From the human T2T-CHM13v2.0 reference genome, Homo sapiens: a DNA stretch of 64,000 bases. The notes under the pieces were generated by a model, which saw nothing but the letters and a program-made list of their open reading frames with translations, ran no database searches and was not told the origin of the DNA. Shown piece by piece: positions 1 through 14,081 of the stretch; positions within the stretch are counted from its first letter, which is position 1; the number at the start of each line of letters is the position of its first letter. The stretch is taken from the NCBI RefSeq assembly GCF_009914755.1, contig NC_060935.1. One strand, given 5' to 3'. The position numbers and the translations under genes are program-made.

Positions 1-429
1 CCCACTTCCTTCAGCTTTCTGAAGTCACTCCTTCTCTGTATTCTGAGAGGGTGAGGAACACATGGGTTAGTGATACCAGGCAGGGTAGACCAGATGTGGA
101 GGGCCTTGAGGGAAAGACTGTGCTAATGTCCCTCACCCTCCAAACGAAGATCATCTACTGCTCTGCGGCTCCAGACCCCTATGCGGGCAGAAAGTGAGTC
201 AGGGAGGCATGAAGAAGAGCTCAGTCTTGAGAGGATGAGACAAGCAACAGATCCAGGCAAGGATCCTTCACCAGGAAGGGGAGCCCAGGGTGATGGATAG
301 GAGCAGCTCATCAGAGCAGGGACAGAGGTATGGGGTGATAAAGACTCAGGTATTAGATCTGAGAACACTAGGGGACATGACCTGGGGAACACAGGTATTA
401 TTAACAATAATAATAGATCAGGTATTATT

Positions 430-900
430 AACAATAAAAGCTACTATTTATCAAGCTCATACTATGTAACAGACACTGTTCTCTGGACTTTTGTTTGCGT
501 TATAGTCATTTAATCACAAACAATAAATATATTTTACTCTGTGCTAAGCATTCTACATTTATAAACTTACTTAATTTTTCACAGCATTCCTATGATGTGG
601 GAACAATTATTATCCCATTTCACAACTTAAGAAACTAAGCGCAGAGAGGTTGAGTAACCTGCCTAGGATCACACAGCGAGTAAGTGACAGAGCCAGCATT
701 GGAGTCAGGCTGCCTGACTCCAGAGTTTAGACTTTTAGCTATTATTCTATAGTGAATACTTAACACATAGAAACTCATTCAATCATCACAACAGCCATGT
801 AGATACTATTATTATCTCTATTTTACAGTTAAGAAAAGTGAGTCTTAGGAGGCTATGTGGTTTGTTCAAGGTCACACAGCTGGAAGGCAGGGGAACTAAA
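430..900 (-). mobile_element. MIR fragments
   Basis: MIR core GAAACTAAGCGCAGAGAGGTTGAGTAACCTGCCTAGGATCACACAGC and a second core. Confidence 0.8.
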
Positions 901-1092
901 ATGCTGACGGGGTCTTTGCATGGTACCAGTGTTCAAACTTTTACTTACCAGCCATAGTATCAGATCCATGCCACCTGGTGGAAGGCAGAGGTGGCAGAAA
1001 GAATGCTTTATGCTGAGCTCTTTGAATGTGGAAGCCAGACTCCCTAAATCCTCTTACTGAGGGTAAGATTGGCTCTAGATCTGGGTGAGCCC

Positions 1093-1288
1093 CAGCAGTA
1101 TCCCCGTGCAGGCTCTGACTGGCTCATGAGAACTAATTGCTTGTGTCTCTTGCTAATTCTGCATTCACTGACACCACAGTGATTGCCTGAAATCAGCTAT
1201 GGTGGGAGTATTTACACCATGGAAATCAGAAAATTCTACAAAGCAGGGGTTATTTTTCCATGACAGCCAATATTCCAGTACATGACTG
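1093..1288. mobile_element. MER63A-like hAT MITE
   Basis: GAAATCAGCTATGGTGGGAGTATTTACACCATGGAAAT core; CAG...CTG ends. Confidence 0.75.
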
Positions 1289-1479
1289 ATTAGATTTAAG
1301 CTGACATTTAGAATCAAGGGTGCTCAGCTGGAGGCACAGGAAAGTTATAGAGTCAGGAAGCCAGGTACCTCTCTCCACTAGTCCTGGGGAAAACGAAATC
1401 AGCAAAACATTCGACAAACACAAGCTTAGCAGCTAAAGGATGCTCTGTCTTTGTACCATTAGGCCCTGGAAGTACTTCA

Positions 1480-2140
1480 GTGAGTTAAATAGACATATTG
1501 CTGACTTATAGTCCAAGAGGGAAGATGGATAATATAAAGAAAACTAAAGAAATTTAAGTGTACAATTTCAAGTTGTGATATTATGAAGGACACAGAGAAG
1601 AATCTAATTGTATAAGGGGTAAGGAAGGTGACTGTAAAGCACTGGCATTTAGACCGGAGACCTCTGGTATGAAAAGGAGCCAGCAAGACCCAGGTAGGCA
1701 GAAAAACTTGGTGAAGACTGAGTGCTGGCAACAGGATGGGCAAATGCTGAGGCCAGTTCAGATGGAGTGTGTGGTGGGCAAGAAGCATAAGCTACGGCCA
1801 GATGGTGTAGGGCCTTGTGTGACACAGGAAGGAGTTTGGTGCAATGGGAAGGCATTGAAGAAGGGTCTTAAGAGGGAGTTAACGTGCTGGGGGGTGATGT
1901 GCTCTAATTTATGATATTAAAAGATGACTTTGGCTCATGTATAGAAAGTAGGCAGGGAGGAGAGTGGTCAGAGCAGAAGTAGGGAAATAGCAGGAATTCA
2001 GGCAAGAGATGATGGTGGCCTGAGCTGTATAGGGACACATTGGAGATACAAGTAGGAAGCAGAATCAACAGGACAAGCTAAGAGATTGATATGGGCTGCA
2101 AGGTTAGAAAGAGGGTGGACTCAAGATGATTCATTAGTCT
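1480..2140 (-). mobile_element. L2 fragments
   Basis: GCAATGGGAAGGCATTGAAG, AAAGATGACTTTGGCT, CAGGCAAGAGATGATGGTGGCCTGA typical of reverse L2. Confidence 0.7.
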
Positions 2141-2169
2141 AGATCTCAGTTTCTTTGAGACATTGAAGA

Positions 2170-2424
2170 CAAGAGGCTCAAACCAGAATTCCTGAGTTTC
2201 AATCCTAACCCTGCCATCTACTAGTGGTATAGCCTTGGGCAAGTGATTCAGTCCCTGAGAGCCTCAGTTTCTCCATCAGTAAAATGGAGATCATATTAAT
2301 TTCTACTTCACAGGGTTGTTGTGATGTTTCAATGAGTTACTCTCTATGGAGTGCTTAGCATAATACCTGAACATAATGAGCACTACACAAAAGAACTATT
2401 ATTATTATTATTATTATTATTATT
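2170..2424 (+). mobile_element. MIR with (TAT)n tail
   Basis: CCTTGGGCAAGTGA...GCCTCAGTTTCTCCATCAGTAAAATGGAGAT; (TAT)n 2397-2424. Confidence 0.85.
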
Positions 2425-3361
2425 GCTATTAATACTAGTCTATTGATCATTTCTCTGCCTACCATTAAGAGATTGAGCCTTTCCAGGCAAACAACTCTTG
2501 TTTGGAAAGAAAATGTTCTGGAGAGGAGTACCCCAGGCATCCTTCTCTCACTGTTTGTGTTCCCTTCCCCAGCAAGAGTTTGGCAGGCAAAGCTGTTCAA
2601 AGTAAACACAGGTTCAGTGCCGCAGAAAATATCAGGTTTGGTAGCACGGCAAGTCTGGACCAAAGGAAACAGGCTTGCTTTATGCCGACTTCACTCGGCC
2701 ACTGCATCCCAGGGGCTGCCCCAGCAGGGCTGGTGCTTTCTGGCAGACAAGGCCTTGATCTGGGAGCTCTTCACCTGTCTGGTTTCTTTTCTCGTGTGAC
2801 TCAGGATGAGTCATCACTGTCACTCACCACTTCCTGGCCTGGACATTAGGGTTCATACGTTCCTGAACTCAATACCCAGGCAACAAGAGATGGAGTCCAG
2901 AAGAAAGCAAGTAGGGAGGGGAGGCAGTGGCACTGGGCAATGTCAGGAGAAATTAGAGGTCCACAGGGTACTAGGGAGGGGGAGAAGCCACCTGGAAAGA
3001 GCATCAGATCCCAACAAAAGTCAGGATAACCCAACCACCTCTGGTTTCAGACACCTAGACAGCGTTCCTCAACCTTTCTGATCCCATGTCCTGCCAGTCG
3101 AGAAAGTGTGGACAAGATATAGTACAAAAGTAACAGGTAGATCTGTTTGCTTTCACAATATAAAATTATAATATTGAATATAATTTCTAAACATTTGTCT
3201 GCTGCTCCAAGGTTCTGAAATGAGCCTGAGTGTAGCATGCCCCCAGTCGAGAATGGAGAGTTGTCCTTCTAACTATAGTAGTAGTAGCAATCATAATAGC
3301 ACTTTTCTGTGCAAATGCTCTAAAAATTGAGGGAAAGTGGGGCTTTTGTTTGGTGTCACTC

Positions 3362-3855
3362 TTTTTTTAATTGTGGTGGAAATATATATAACATGACATT
3401 TACCATTGTAATCATTTTTAAGTGTGCAGTTCAGTGGCATGAAGTACATTCACATTGTCGTGCAACCATCTCTACCATCTATCTCTGTAACTTTTTCATC
3501 TTCCCAAACTGAAACTCTCTACCCCTGAAATAATAACCATCTACCCTGTCGCCCCAGCTCCCAGCCCCAGGCAACCACTATTCAGCTTTCTGTCTGTATG
3601 AATTTGGTACTCTAGGTACCTCACATGAATGGAATCCTATAGTGTTTTCTCTTTTGTGTCTGGCTTACTTCACTTAACACAGTGTCTTTAAGGCTCATCT
3701 ATGTTGTAGCACGTGTCCGAATTTTTTTTCCTTCTTAAGGCTGAAAAATATCATACTGTCTGGATATACCACATTTGGTGTATCCATTCATTCTTCCATG
3801 GATACTTGGGTTGCTTCTATATTTTGGCTATTGTCAGAGTGCCACTGTTGACACT
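3362..3855 (-). mobile_element. L1M (L1MB-like) 3' end fragment
   Basis: TTTTAATTGTGG...AAGTGTGCAGTTCAGTGGCATGAAGTACATTCACATTGTCGTGCAACCATC typical of reverse L1M 3' UTR. Confidence 0.85.
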
Positions 3856-5709
3856 CGGTTTGATGAGGTGATTCAAAGTCAAAAACATCGTAACAATAAA
3901 AGGCCTGGGTTTTTCTGTTTGTACAGTATTTAAACTTGTCAGAGCGCTTTGAAACTAAGGTGTAAAGGAAAAAAAAATAAGTGTTTGAAGACCAGACAGA
4001 CCTGGATTGTAATCCTGGCTTTGTAGCCTCATTAGCTTTGTGCTCTGGGACAAGTTCCTTAAATATACTGTATTTCAGTATCCTTAATGTGTGAAGGAGT
4101 GAGGAAATTGTGCCCAGTGTGGACAGTTATTATGATACTAAATAAGAGAACAAGTGTGAAAATGTTGAGTAGAGTCTGACATTCAATACTCAGTGGATTT
4201 CATTGTTGATTTCATGTTATTTCTTTGTATCCATTCAATTCAAACGAGAATCTATAGTTAGGTGGGACATTTATCTCATATAATAAGGAAACTAATAAGA
4301 AGACTAATTGCTACTCAATTAATTAGTGGTAGAAGTCAAATTGGAACCCAGGGCTCTTGAATTTGAGGTGAGGAATGATCAGGCAGCAAGTCACATTTGA
4401 TGTATATGTCCACCCCAATCAATTGCTACTGGCTGCCTGGAATGCAGTGGAAAAGTGCTGGGTTTGATTAGCAATGTCTGCCATAGTTGTGGGAATGGGA
4501 AGTGGGGGTACAGCAGCCACATGTCTACTACCTCTGGCTTAAATTATAGCATCACTTAAATTCTTTTTAAAAATGTGTGAAGAGGAAGATCATCTTCTGT
4601 GTGTGGTTTTAAACAAGTTTATTACAAAATTAATAGAAAAAAAGGTGAAAAGAATATGAGACTTCTAGTTTACCTACCATCAAAGACCAGAAGGTTGTTA
4701 TCCAAAGTGAGTAAAAAAAATATTATGATTGTAGCTGATCCCACAGCAGAAGGCCGTTTGCTGTGGTCAGAGTCACTGTGATTACCAGACTGAAGCAGCT
4801 GCCTACCCAAGGTGGCCTTACTCCCTGCCCATCAGTGGGGTGAGGCAGGAGGTGGAAACACCTGATAGAAACTGGTTGGCAAGGTTCATAGCATGTAAGA
4901 CCAGATCCCTGCCTCCTCAGGGAAAGAATAGCAATTGCTGAGAGGCCTACCTTTCAGCCTTTCAGAATCCATGTGGGTCCCATGCCCCACGTGTTCTTCC
5001 ATTCCTGCTAACCACCACATGTCAGGCAGCTGGAGGGGTGACAGTGTGGTCCTCAGTTGTCTGGCACCCCAGTGGCACCGGACAGGCCTGCCTGTGAGCC
5101 TTCTTTCCATTCAGCTGCTTCCTTAAGATGAAGCTCTGCCCACTGGCTCAGGAATTCCTGTAGCAGGATATAGGCTTCCTATAGTAGCACCTGCCTGTCT
5201 CACCCATGCCTGAGACACTGAAGCTTCAGGTCCAGTGCCAGGTAGCCTTTTGGCTACTTTTCCTGGGCTGCACGCCCTCCTCTTGCCACTCCATATCCTT
5301 ATTTCTTGGACATGGGACCCAGATGATGCCTGCTAGGGCCTTCCTGACTCACAGAGGACCACTTACAGTTAGCTTGAGTGCCACATTCCATGCCTCGTGG
5401 AGGTCCAAAGCCCTCCCCAGTTTCAGTCAGTTCTTGATTGGGGAGTGGTAAGGATAAGCCATTTGCCTAGTCCCCTGAGATCCCACACTTTTCCTCTGTT
5501 GTTTACTGACCCTTTCCCCCCCAACCAGCCCATGTTGACTCTGTTCTCATCACATCTGCTCACCTGGAAACCCAATATCTCTCACACAAGACAGTGTGTA
5601 TGTGTGTAGAGTGTACTAAAGATTTGCTGGAGAGACAGAGAGGGGATATGTATTTTAGAAATGCATGTAATTTCATATTGAATATTAGACATGGTGTGTG
5701 TAATACATG

Positions 5710-5950
5710 AAAATAACACAAGCTGATGTTTATGGGGTGCTTATTATATGGTGGGCATTGTGCTGAGCATTTTATATACATTATCTGATTTTACTGTCCC
5801 CACAACCCCATGAATTAGACACTACCATTATGTCAAATTTGCAAATAAAACAGAGGCTTAGAGAAGATAAGAAACTTCTGAGGTTACAAAGTCAGGAAGT
5901 AGCAGGGCTAAAGAATTGAACTCAGGCAGTCTGACTCCAGGGCCTGTAAT
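5710..5950 (-). mobile_element. MIR
   Basis: Reverse MIR body and core (GAGGCTTAGAGAAGATAAG...GAACTCAGGCAGTCTGACTCCAG). Confidence 0.75.
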
Positions 5951-7249
5951 CCAAAAGCTGTTCCTGTGGTCCCCTGTCCCCGACCCCCATGGTATGGACT
6001 TTTCATTGTCTGCTCCATTGTCATATAGCACCCAGCCTCACACCATCCTAGTGGCATATTCTCTTTTTCCAGCTCTCATTGCTTATCCTCCTTCCTTCTT
6101 CATTTTATCTCCTTCCTTTCAGATGAACATAGAAACTGCAATATTTTCTCCCTCTATTATTCAAAACAATTCAAGTCTCCCCAGCCCTTTGCTTCCAGCC
6201 TCCTCTTCCATCTTGGATTCCATCAAAGTTCTCTGCAGAAAGAACAAAAGAGCCTCACATACAATAACATCCATATATCTTCGATGTTAAGAGTATGGAC
6301 TCATTTTCTAATACATGTTTTCTGCTATGGGGCAGGGATGACAACCGTGTAGCATGTGACTACCACTCCCCACTCCAATACCCATGGCAGGCACCGCTAA
6401 GTACTGACAAGATTCCTTCCTGCCAAGCCCAGACCACAGCTTCAGAATCCATGACACAGTGCACAAGAAGGCCACTATCAACTTATCTGTTCTGTTATGT
6501 GAAAGGAAGCCTTTCTTCCCTCTCAAAGGGTGAACCCACAGCTATACAGGTAGGGAACCAGACCTCCCTTGAAGCCAGAAGGCAAAACCCAACTTCAATT
6601 ATTAAAGAACACCAGAACTTGATAGATAGGCCTTAGACTGAAATTGATTTCTTTCTCTGAGTCTCCCTCTTTTTTAGTTTACGCTCTTGATTGAAGCCTC
6701 CTTTGGGTGAGAGGAAAAAGTCAACCCTTCATCACCTGGATACAGGTCCTATAGCTGGGCATGCAGGCATGGATTGGGTCTTTTGCAGATGCCAGACTGA
6801 AGGTGAGCTAGATTTGCCAGTTTCCTAGTCCTGTCTGTGCTTCCCTATTGCTATCCCTGAGCTTTTAGTAGTCATGTTTCATGTCCCAGCCTGGTTATGA
6901 CTGGTCAGCAGAATATTAATGGAGAGGTCATGAGTCCAAGCTTAATTTAGAGCCATTTATGGGAGAAGCACCAAGCCAATATGGTGGTAACAGGATTGAC
7001 TACAGACATGAGTTTCCCAGAAAAGGAATTGAGTCTTCCATCTATACAGCTTCCAGCAAGCCTTGTAAAGGGGTAGGTTATACAGCTCTGAATCTCAGTA
7101 GAAACTGAGAGTCAGATACCACCCAATTCTTGGGCCTCAGCCTACCTGCCTTTGACCCATTAGCTATACCTTGAGGGCTTTACAATACCAGGAAGCCTTT
7201 GCTATGGAGGAGAATGTTGAGTTCCACCTCCCAAATGAAGGAGAGGAAA

Positions 7250-7500
7250 TGGAAGAACATGTATTGAACACCTACTATGTGTTTGCAATGTGCTAGACAT
7301 ATTTATATTCACTCTCACATTCCATCCTCAGGGCAGGGTGTGAGAGAGAGGTTTAGCTATATCTGCTTCACAGAGGAAAAACCAAGAGCTCAGAGAAATT
7401 AAGTAACTTGCTCATGTCACACAGCTGATGGGTAAGTAGCAGACCTGGCATTCAGACCTAAGTCTTGTGAAACTCAAAAGCCAAGGATTTTATCACTTAT
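7250..7500 (-). mobile_element. MIR
   Basis: CTCAGAGAAATTAAGTAACTTGCTCATGTCACACAGC. Confidence 0.78.
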
Positions 7501-8360
7501 GTCGCATTTCCTGTGGGGGTTGGAGAGGGAGAGGCAGTCCCAGGTTTGAGAGGCTGAGCTAAAGGGCTGGGCAGAGAGGGAGCCATTGCAGAGCCTGATG
7601 CCAAATCAAGAGAACAGAAACTGCCACTCAAATCCAAGAAGCAAGAGGCATGTCTGCAACCTCTGCAGGAACAGCAGCTTCAACTCTGTGGTTCCTGAAG
7701 CTCTCTAGGCTGCAGCCGACTGGCCAAGATCCTCTTTTACTCCCACAGTTCTCTGGACCAGTGCTCCTTTCAGGTCTGTGGAGCCGATGCTGTTTCTGAG
7801 GCAGCTGAGCTGAGAAGCAGATGGTGCATGGATGAGGGGGCGGTTGCCTGACATCCCTTCTGGAGCTCCTGACAGCTCATGAGCCTCTCCTCCTCCCCAT
7901 GGCAGCTCTGCTCAGGAAGCTTAACCCAGGAAAAGACTTGTGGCTTATTTTTTCTAAGGAACTGGCTCTTCTGTAAAATGGGGATATTAATATTTATCTG
8001 GAAGAGGTGTTGCTAGTATTAAACTCAATATATGTAAAAGCCCTAAGAGACTGTAGATGCTCAGCTGGGCATTACTATTATTATACCTTGATTTCAAAAT
8101 AGACATTTGAGGACAAGCCTATCTCAAACTTCTCACCATCAGAAGTATTTATAATCTTCTCTTGGAAGAGCAGAAAAGCATGATTGGCTCAAGTTAATAG
8201 TGAAACATTTGGCACAGTGTTCTTATCACTCTTCTTATAAATAACTTTTTTAATCAACCAAAGTATAAGTAAATATGATACTTATGATTGATTACAACCA
8301 TAATTGAAAGTTATTTCATTCTAGGATTATGAATCACAACATAATTTCAAAGAATGCAGA

Positions 8361-8416
8361 ATCATCATCATCATCATCATCGTCATCATCATCATCATCG
8401 TCATCACTATCATTAT
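8361..8416. repeat. (ATC)n microsatellite, imperfect
   Basis: Direct reading. Confidence 0.95.
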
Positions 8417-9249
8417 CCCATTTTCATCACAACTACTTTCCATCCAGGCAATTGGACCTTTCACGTTATTAGTCTCATATCACCCACATGCCTGCAAGTA
8501 AGATATTATAAATCCCTTCTACAAGTAAAATAAAACTGAGCTTTCAAGAGGCTAAACAGCTATGCAAGTTCAAATAACAAAGAATCAGTGTAAGAATTTG
8601 AATCCGTTCTCTCTGACGTTAAAATCACGTGCTCTTCTCACTCTGTTCACCAGCTTTCAATATTTAATGTAGTTTCTTCACCGGCCAGACCAACCAGGAT
8701 TCTGATTCAGTTGCTTTAGGGTGGGGCCCAACACATATAATGGAATCCAGATGCACATTCAGCAATATTTGGGATGGCATAGAAAGGTCACATTATGCCT
8801 TTGCAGAAACCAATCGTTCCTCCTGTCATCACAGTCCCTACCCAGCCAGGTGTTCTTGGTAACTCCTCCTCCAGCAGCCGTAGGCAGCAGAAAATAACCA
8901 CCACTCAGTACTGCCATCATTGAGGGAGATCTGCGGTGGTGGCCTCAAGTGTGGGTGGCCTGAGCTCTGGATGTTTGCTTCTCCCCTGTAGCACAGTAGG
9001 CTCCCAGACAGATTGTGGAGCTTGGGGATGTCATGATGGGGGCTTGGTGGACACTGAGAGCTAAGGCTGAGATGATGCCCTTTCTCTGTCTTTGCCTCCT
9101 CCTTACTATACTTCTTTCAGTTTCTAGACTATGCTCAGGACCTTCATACATGTTGCCCTTGAATGTCCCTCTTGCTCATTCCGCCCCTTTACCTCCACCT
9201 CCACCTTCACGTTTATCTAGCTCAATGAGACTCCACCTGGCCTCTCATG

Positions 9250-9401
9250 ATAGAATCACTTAAGGAGCTTTTAAAAATGCAGGTGTTTAGGTATCAACCC
9301 AGACTAACTGAATCAGAATTTCTGGGGGTAAGGCTCTGACACCACTATTTTTATATAATTCTCCAGGTTATTTCCACATGCAAACAGTTTGAAAACTGCT
9401 G
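9250..9401. mobile_element. MER5-family MITE
   Basis: AGAATCAC...AAAAATGCAG...ACTGAATCAGAAT...TTTGAAAACTGCTG. Confidence 0.75.
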
Positions 9402-10700
9402 ATTCTAGTTAATTCCCACTTGATTTAAATGCCGCTTCCTCCAGAAGGCCCTCCCCAGCCTCCCTCCCACCATAATCCAACTACCCCAACCCCCAGACTA
9501 GACCCAGCCCCTCTCTGTATGTTCCCATTGTCAGTCTCCCCCAGGAAGCTGCTAGCTGTGTGGACATAGCAATACTGTCCCCATTGTCACTGGGTTCTCA
9601 GAGCCAGGGCCTTGCACAGAGGATGTGCTTGTTCTTATTTGCTGACTGACAGAATAAAGACAAACAGATTTGTAGACGTTGAACAATTATTCACTGGTGC
9701 CTGCTCTTTGCTAGATCCCGTTGTAGACTCTGGGGATTGAAAACTCAGTAAGGCATGGTCCTTGACCTTGAGATGCTCAGAGTCAGCAGGGAAGACAGAC
9801 GTGGACAAATAATTACAATGTGTATCTGACTATGGGCACAGGTGGAAGGTTGGCAATTTCTTCAGTCCAATCCAGATGGCCAATACCTGTGGGTGTGCTT
9901 TGGGGGCACGAGGAGGTGAAGAAACAGAGTGAAGAGGAGGAGACAATTCAGTTGGTGTGTTGTGGGGCCCAGGGTTTGGACTGAGGTGTGCTGGAGGAGG
10001 AACCATTCTGGATCCCCTATGCCCAGCACAGGTCCTAGAACATAATAATAGGTGCTTATTAGGAGCTTGTTGAGTGAGTGAATGAATAAGTGATAGAATG
10101 AGACAAGTCAATGCATAATCTCTGAGGAACTGGAGAACTCACTGGGCTAGTATCAATGTGTATTTTATAGACTTCTTTGCTATGAGATTAGCTAGAAGCA
10201 CACAGCTAGTAAAGCAGTGGTCCATGGGTTTTAGACCCAGAACAGTGTCATGGTTAAAACAACACATTTCAGAAGCCAAAAGGAATTTCAACATAACTCA
10301 AGTCCTTTATTTGTATTCCTCAAACACCATTAAAGGGACTTAAAACCCGCAGTTACACATCTCAAGGTGTTTGTTTCCTTGTGTTTTAGCACTCTCGTCC
10401 ACTGCCCTTATACTTCTAAGGTCCCTTGCAGCCTGTCTTAGCTAAATCCCCCCAAACTCCCCCAGCCCAGACCCACAGGCCCATCCCACCTATTCTCTCC
10501 CTCTATTCCCAGGTCAAGAGGACGACACTGGCAGGACCCTCCTGGGAGCAGAGAGGACAGAGGAAGGAGAGAATCTGAGCAGGCAGAGCAGGGAGGGAAA
10601 TGTTACAAAAGAGAACATTTTTTTGGTCCCATGACATATAAGATTTGCATTTCACATATGAAACATTGTCGCCATCAATTGCCTTAAAAAGTATCCCTAA

Positions 10701-11048
<348 letters not shown>

Positions 11049-14000
11049 TCAGTGATGATCTTGCATCATCTCAATCCAGGGTGGGGCACACTTTTCCTGT
11101 CCCTCCTCATTCAGGCCCTTGACTCATCCTTTGTTTCAAGGCTAGGTTGAAGACAGGGACGCTGAGCCACCTCACCCTGGTGTCCAATCTGTGGCTGCTG
11201 AGAATTCACACTCTTTCACATCAGCTCATCTGCTTGCCAAATCAGAAGTAAGGCCCCAGGATCCCTGGCTCTCTCCCTTAGGGTATTAGTTAGCCTGCTG
11301 TCTAGGCAGAATGCAGGTAACAGACAATAATCTCCTATTTCATGCTTGTTGAGTGTTTCCCTATACATGACAGGCCTATGGGAGACAATTAGGAAACCTT
11401 GGATTTTCATCTCTTGTCCATTCTCTTGGGATGCCAGCAAAATGAAGGACAAGCAGACAGGTGAATGGGAAAATCCATGGCTGGACAAGTGACGGCCATT
11501 AGAGAGATGGTTAGCTCTAGCAGGGGCACTGGGCACAAAGAGACAGTGCAGCCAGCACCAAAGTTTTATTGAGCTATTCCTCAGTGCCAGAAGCTACACT
11601 GGGCCTTTCTGTATGAAAGGCCATTTAATTGCACAAGCTATCTGCAAGATGGGCTTCACTGCCCACTCCCCACAGGCTCCAGCCATGTTGGACACTTACA
11701 TGCACTGTCACTCCAGTGTTCTCATCTACTCCATTTCATCTCACTGAATACTTTCCCATTCCAAAGCCTCAGATGGCCTTTCTCATTCCTTCCTTTCCTT
11801 CTTCACTGAGTCACTAAAAGTGGCTCTACCATGTACCTGCTATATGGGGTTGGGCAAGTGACTTACCCTCTCTGTGCTCAATTTTAACATCACTGAAGTG
11901 TGGATGACAATAGCACCTCTCTCATGGTCTGGGGATGATTAAATGAGTTGGGATGTGTAAAGCACAGTGCCTTGTGCACAGTATGCTCTGTTTAAGTGCT
12001 AACTGTATGGATTACCTACCAAAGGTTAGGCATTGGGTACCATGGAGCTCACAGCTCCCTCTCCTTCCACCGCCAGTGAGATCCTGCTTGCAATGAAGCT
12101 CAGCACTAGTGAGCCTTTGAGCCAGAAGCACCTGGCTGAGTGGTTTGAGCTTGGTAAGAGGGTCCTATCCAGTACCCTATCCAGTTCCCTTTCCTCTTAG
12201 TAAATTCCAAGTGCCTTTCAGTGCCCTTTTAAGGACAAGTGCCAATGAGTGAGACCCATTTGCCCATGGTGACCCATGGTGAGATGGGGCTCCTTCCTCC
12301 CTTGTCCTGGGTGATGCCCAGTGGGTCAGATTTTAAATCCCACTTGGGATCTAGATCTCAAGATTTTCTAAAATGTGAATATAATCATATGCCCTGCATA
12401 CACACATCAACATACTCAGGAAAAAGCCCTAATGCTTTCAGTTTGCCACAAAGTCCCATGCGATCCAGCTCCTGCCTTCACTAACTCATGGACTCCGGCC
12501 TCTCCTTGTCATGCCCACCCTGCAAGCTATGATCCAGCCTCTCTGAGCCTCAGTCCCTCACATATGCCACGCACACTGTGTTGCCTCTACTAGCACACGC
12601 TGTTGCCTCTGCCTAGAACCTGCATACTCCTTGCCACTCACAGCAGTGACTCCCACCCATCCATGACATCTCTGCGTAGGCCTCAGATCCTTTAGCAAGA
12701 CTTCCTTGATTCCCGGAGTCTGGGTTTGCTGCCTGCTCACCTAACTCTGATCTCCCCGGGCCATCACAGCCTTGTTGGATTTCCTAGGAACTCCACAAGG
12801 AAAAGGCCAAGCCACTCCTCCTCACTGCTGCATCTCCGGGGACTCCCGCTGAGTTTACAAACAGTACAGGCTCAACAGATACTTGCCAAGTGAAGTGTCT
12901 ACCCTTGCAGTGCTCAGGGAACCCCGCGGAGAGGGGACAGTGCATGTTCTTTGGTCACATTCCAAGGAAAAGGCTGCAGCCACCCTGTGGCTCCTCATCT
13001 GAGGCTGCTGAGGGTGTCTGAAGTCCTCAGAGGACAGGCCAGGAGAAGAGGACTGCTGACCAAGCATCTCTCTGACTCACTGAGCAGAGGAGGGAGGAGG
13101 CGGGTGCTAATTGCTTGGTCCCTCCACACCCAAAGGAAGGCCCAGGCTTTGAAGCGGCAGCTGGGTCACATAGAAGGCAGAAGCAGCCAATTAGGTGATG
13201 CTGCAGCTTGCGGGCACCTCTGAGCCCACAGGAAATTATTAATAAAGACATAACAACCACGCAGCCCTTTGTGTGGATAAATAATGACACCCTGTCTTCC
13301 CCAGTGGCCTAGTCTAAGCACTCTGCAGCCACAATCTAGTTCATCCGGCCCCTTGGAATGCCAGCGCAGCTAAGGGAGGAGCTCCTTGGGTCCACCCAGC
13401 TCCCCAGCCCCTCTCCTCAAAGCCCCCGCTATGCCAAGAGTCTGGAGACTCCATCTAGTCTAAGGATGGCAAATGGTTACACCTCCGGGGTGCATGCTAA
13501 GTGCACAGAGCAGGCTGGAGCTTGGGCTGACAGGCATTTTGAAGCTACATCTGAGCCTATCATAAAAGAAGATGGTGATCAATTAGCACTGGTTGCCATG
13601 TATCTCTGATCTAGTTCTTGAGATTTCCCTAGTTTTGTACTGTTTGCTCTTGTTCTTGTCTCACCAACTACTGGTTTGTGCTTTAAAAAACTTATGACAT
13701 TTAGCAATCCCAAGCACACAAGCACACAGTATCCCTCCATAATTTATGGCGTGATTTCTTAGGTTATCGGCTTCTTTACACAGAGCTTCTTATTTCATGT
13801 AGTTTTTATGTCCTGTCCTTCAGCTAGGAATATGTCTTGTTGATGGTGACTCTGAAAACCCTACTGGCCCTTTGATCTCAGCTTGCTCTGTGGAGTCTCT
13901 CTGAGTGCTCCCTGCTCCCACCACAGGTTGGCATGATGTGCTCCCTCCCCTGTTTCTCGTGGTTCCTGTCTTTCTCCTGCATCCAGCGAAGCTCCTTGTT

Positions 14001-14081
14001 GTCAGACTGAACCCCACTTGTCCCCTTAGCTCCTCTGCCCCACCTGTTTCCTGCACAAGACTGAGTTTCAACAGTTTAGAG

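Noticed and set aside
6925-6938. DR2-like AGGTCA-tg-AGTCCA
   Set aside because: Mismatched and isolated; likely chance
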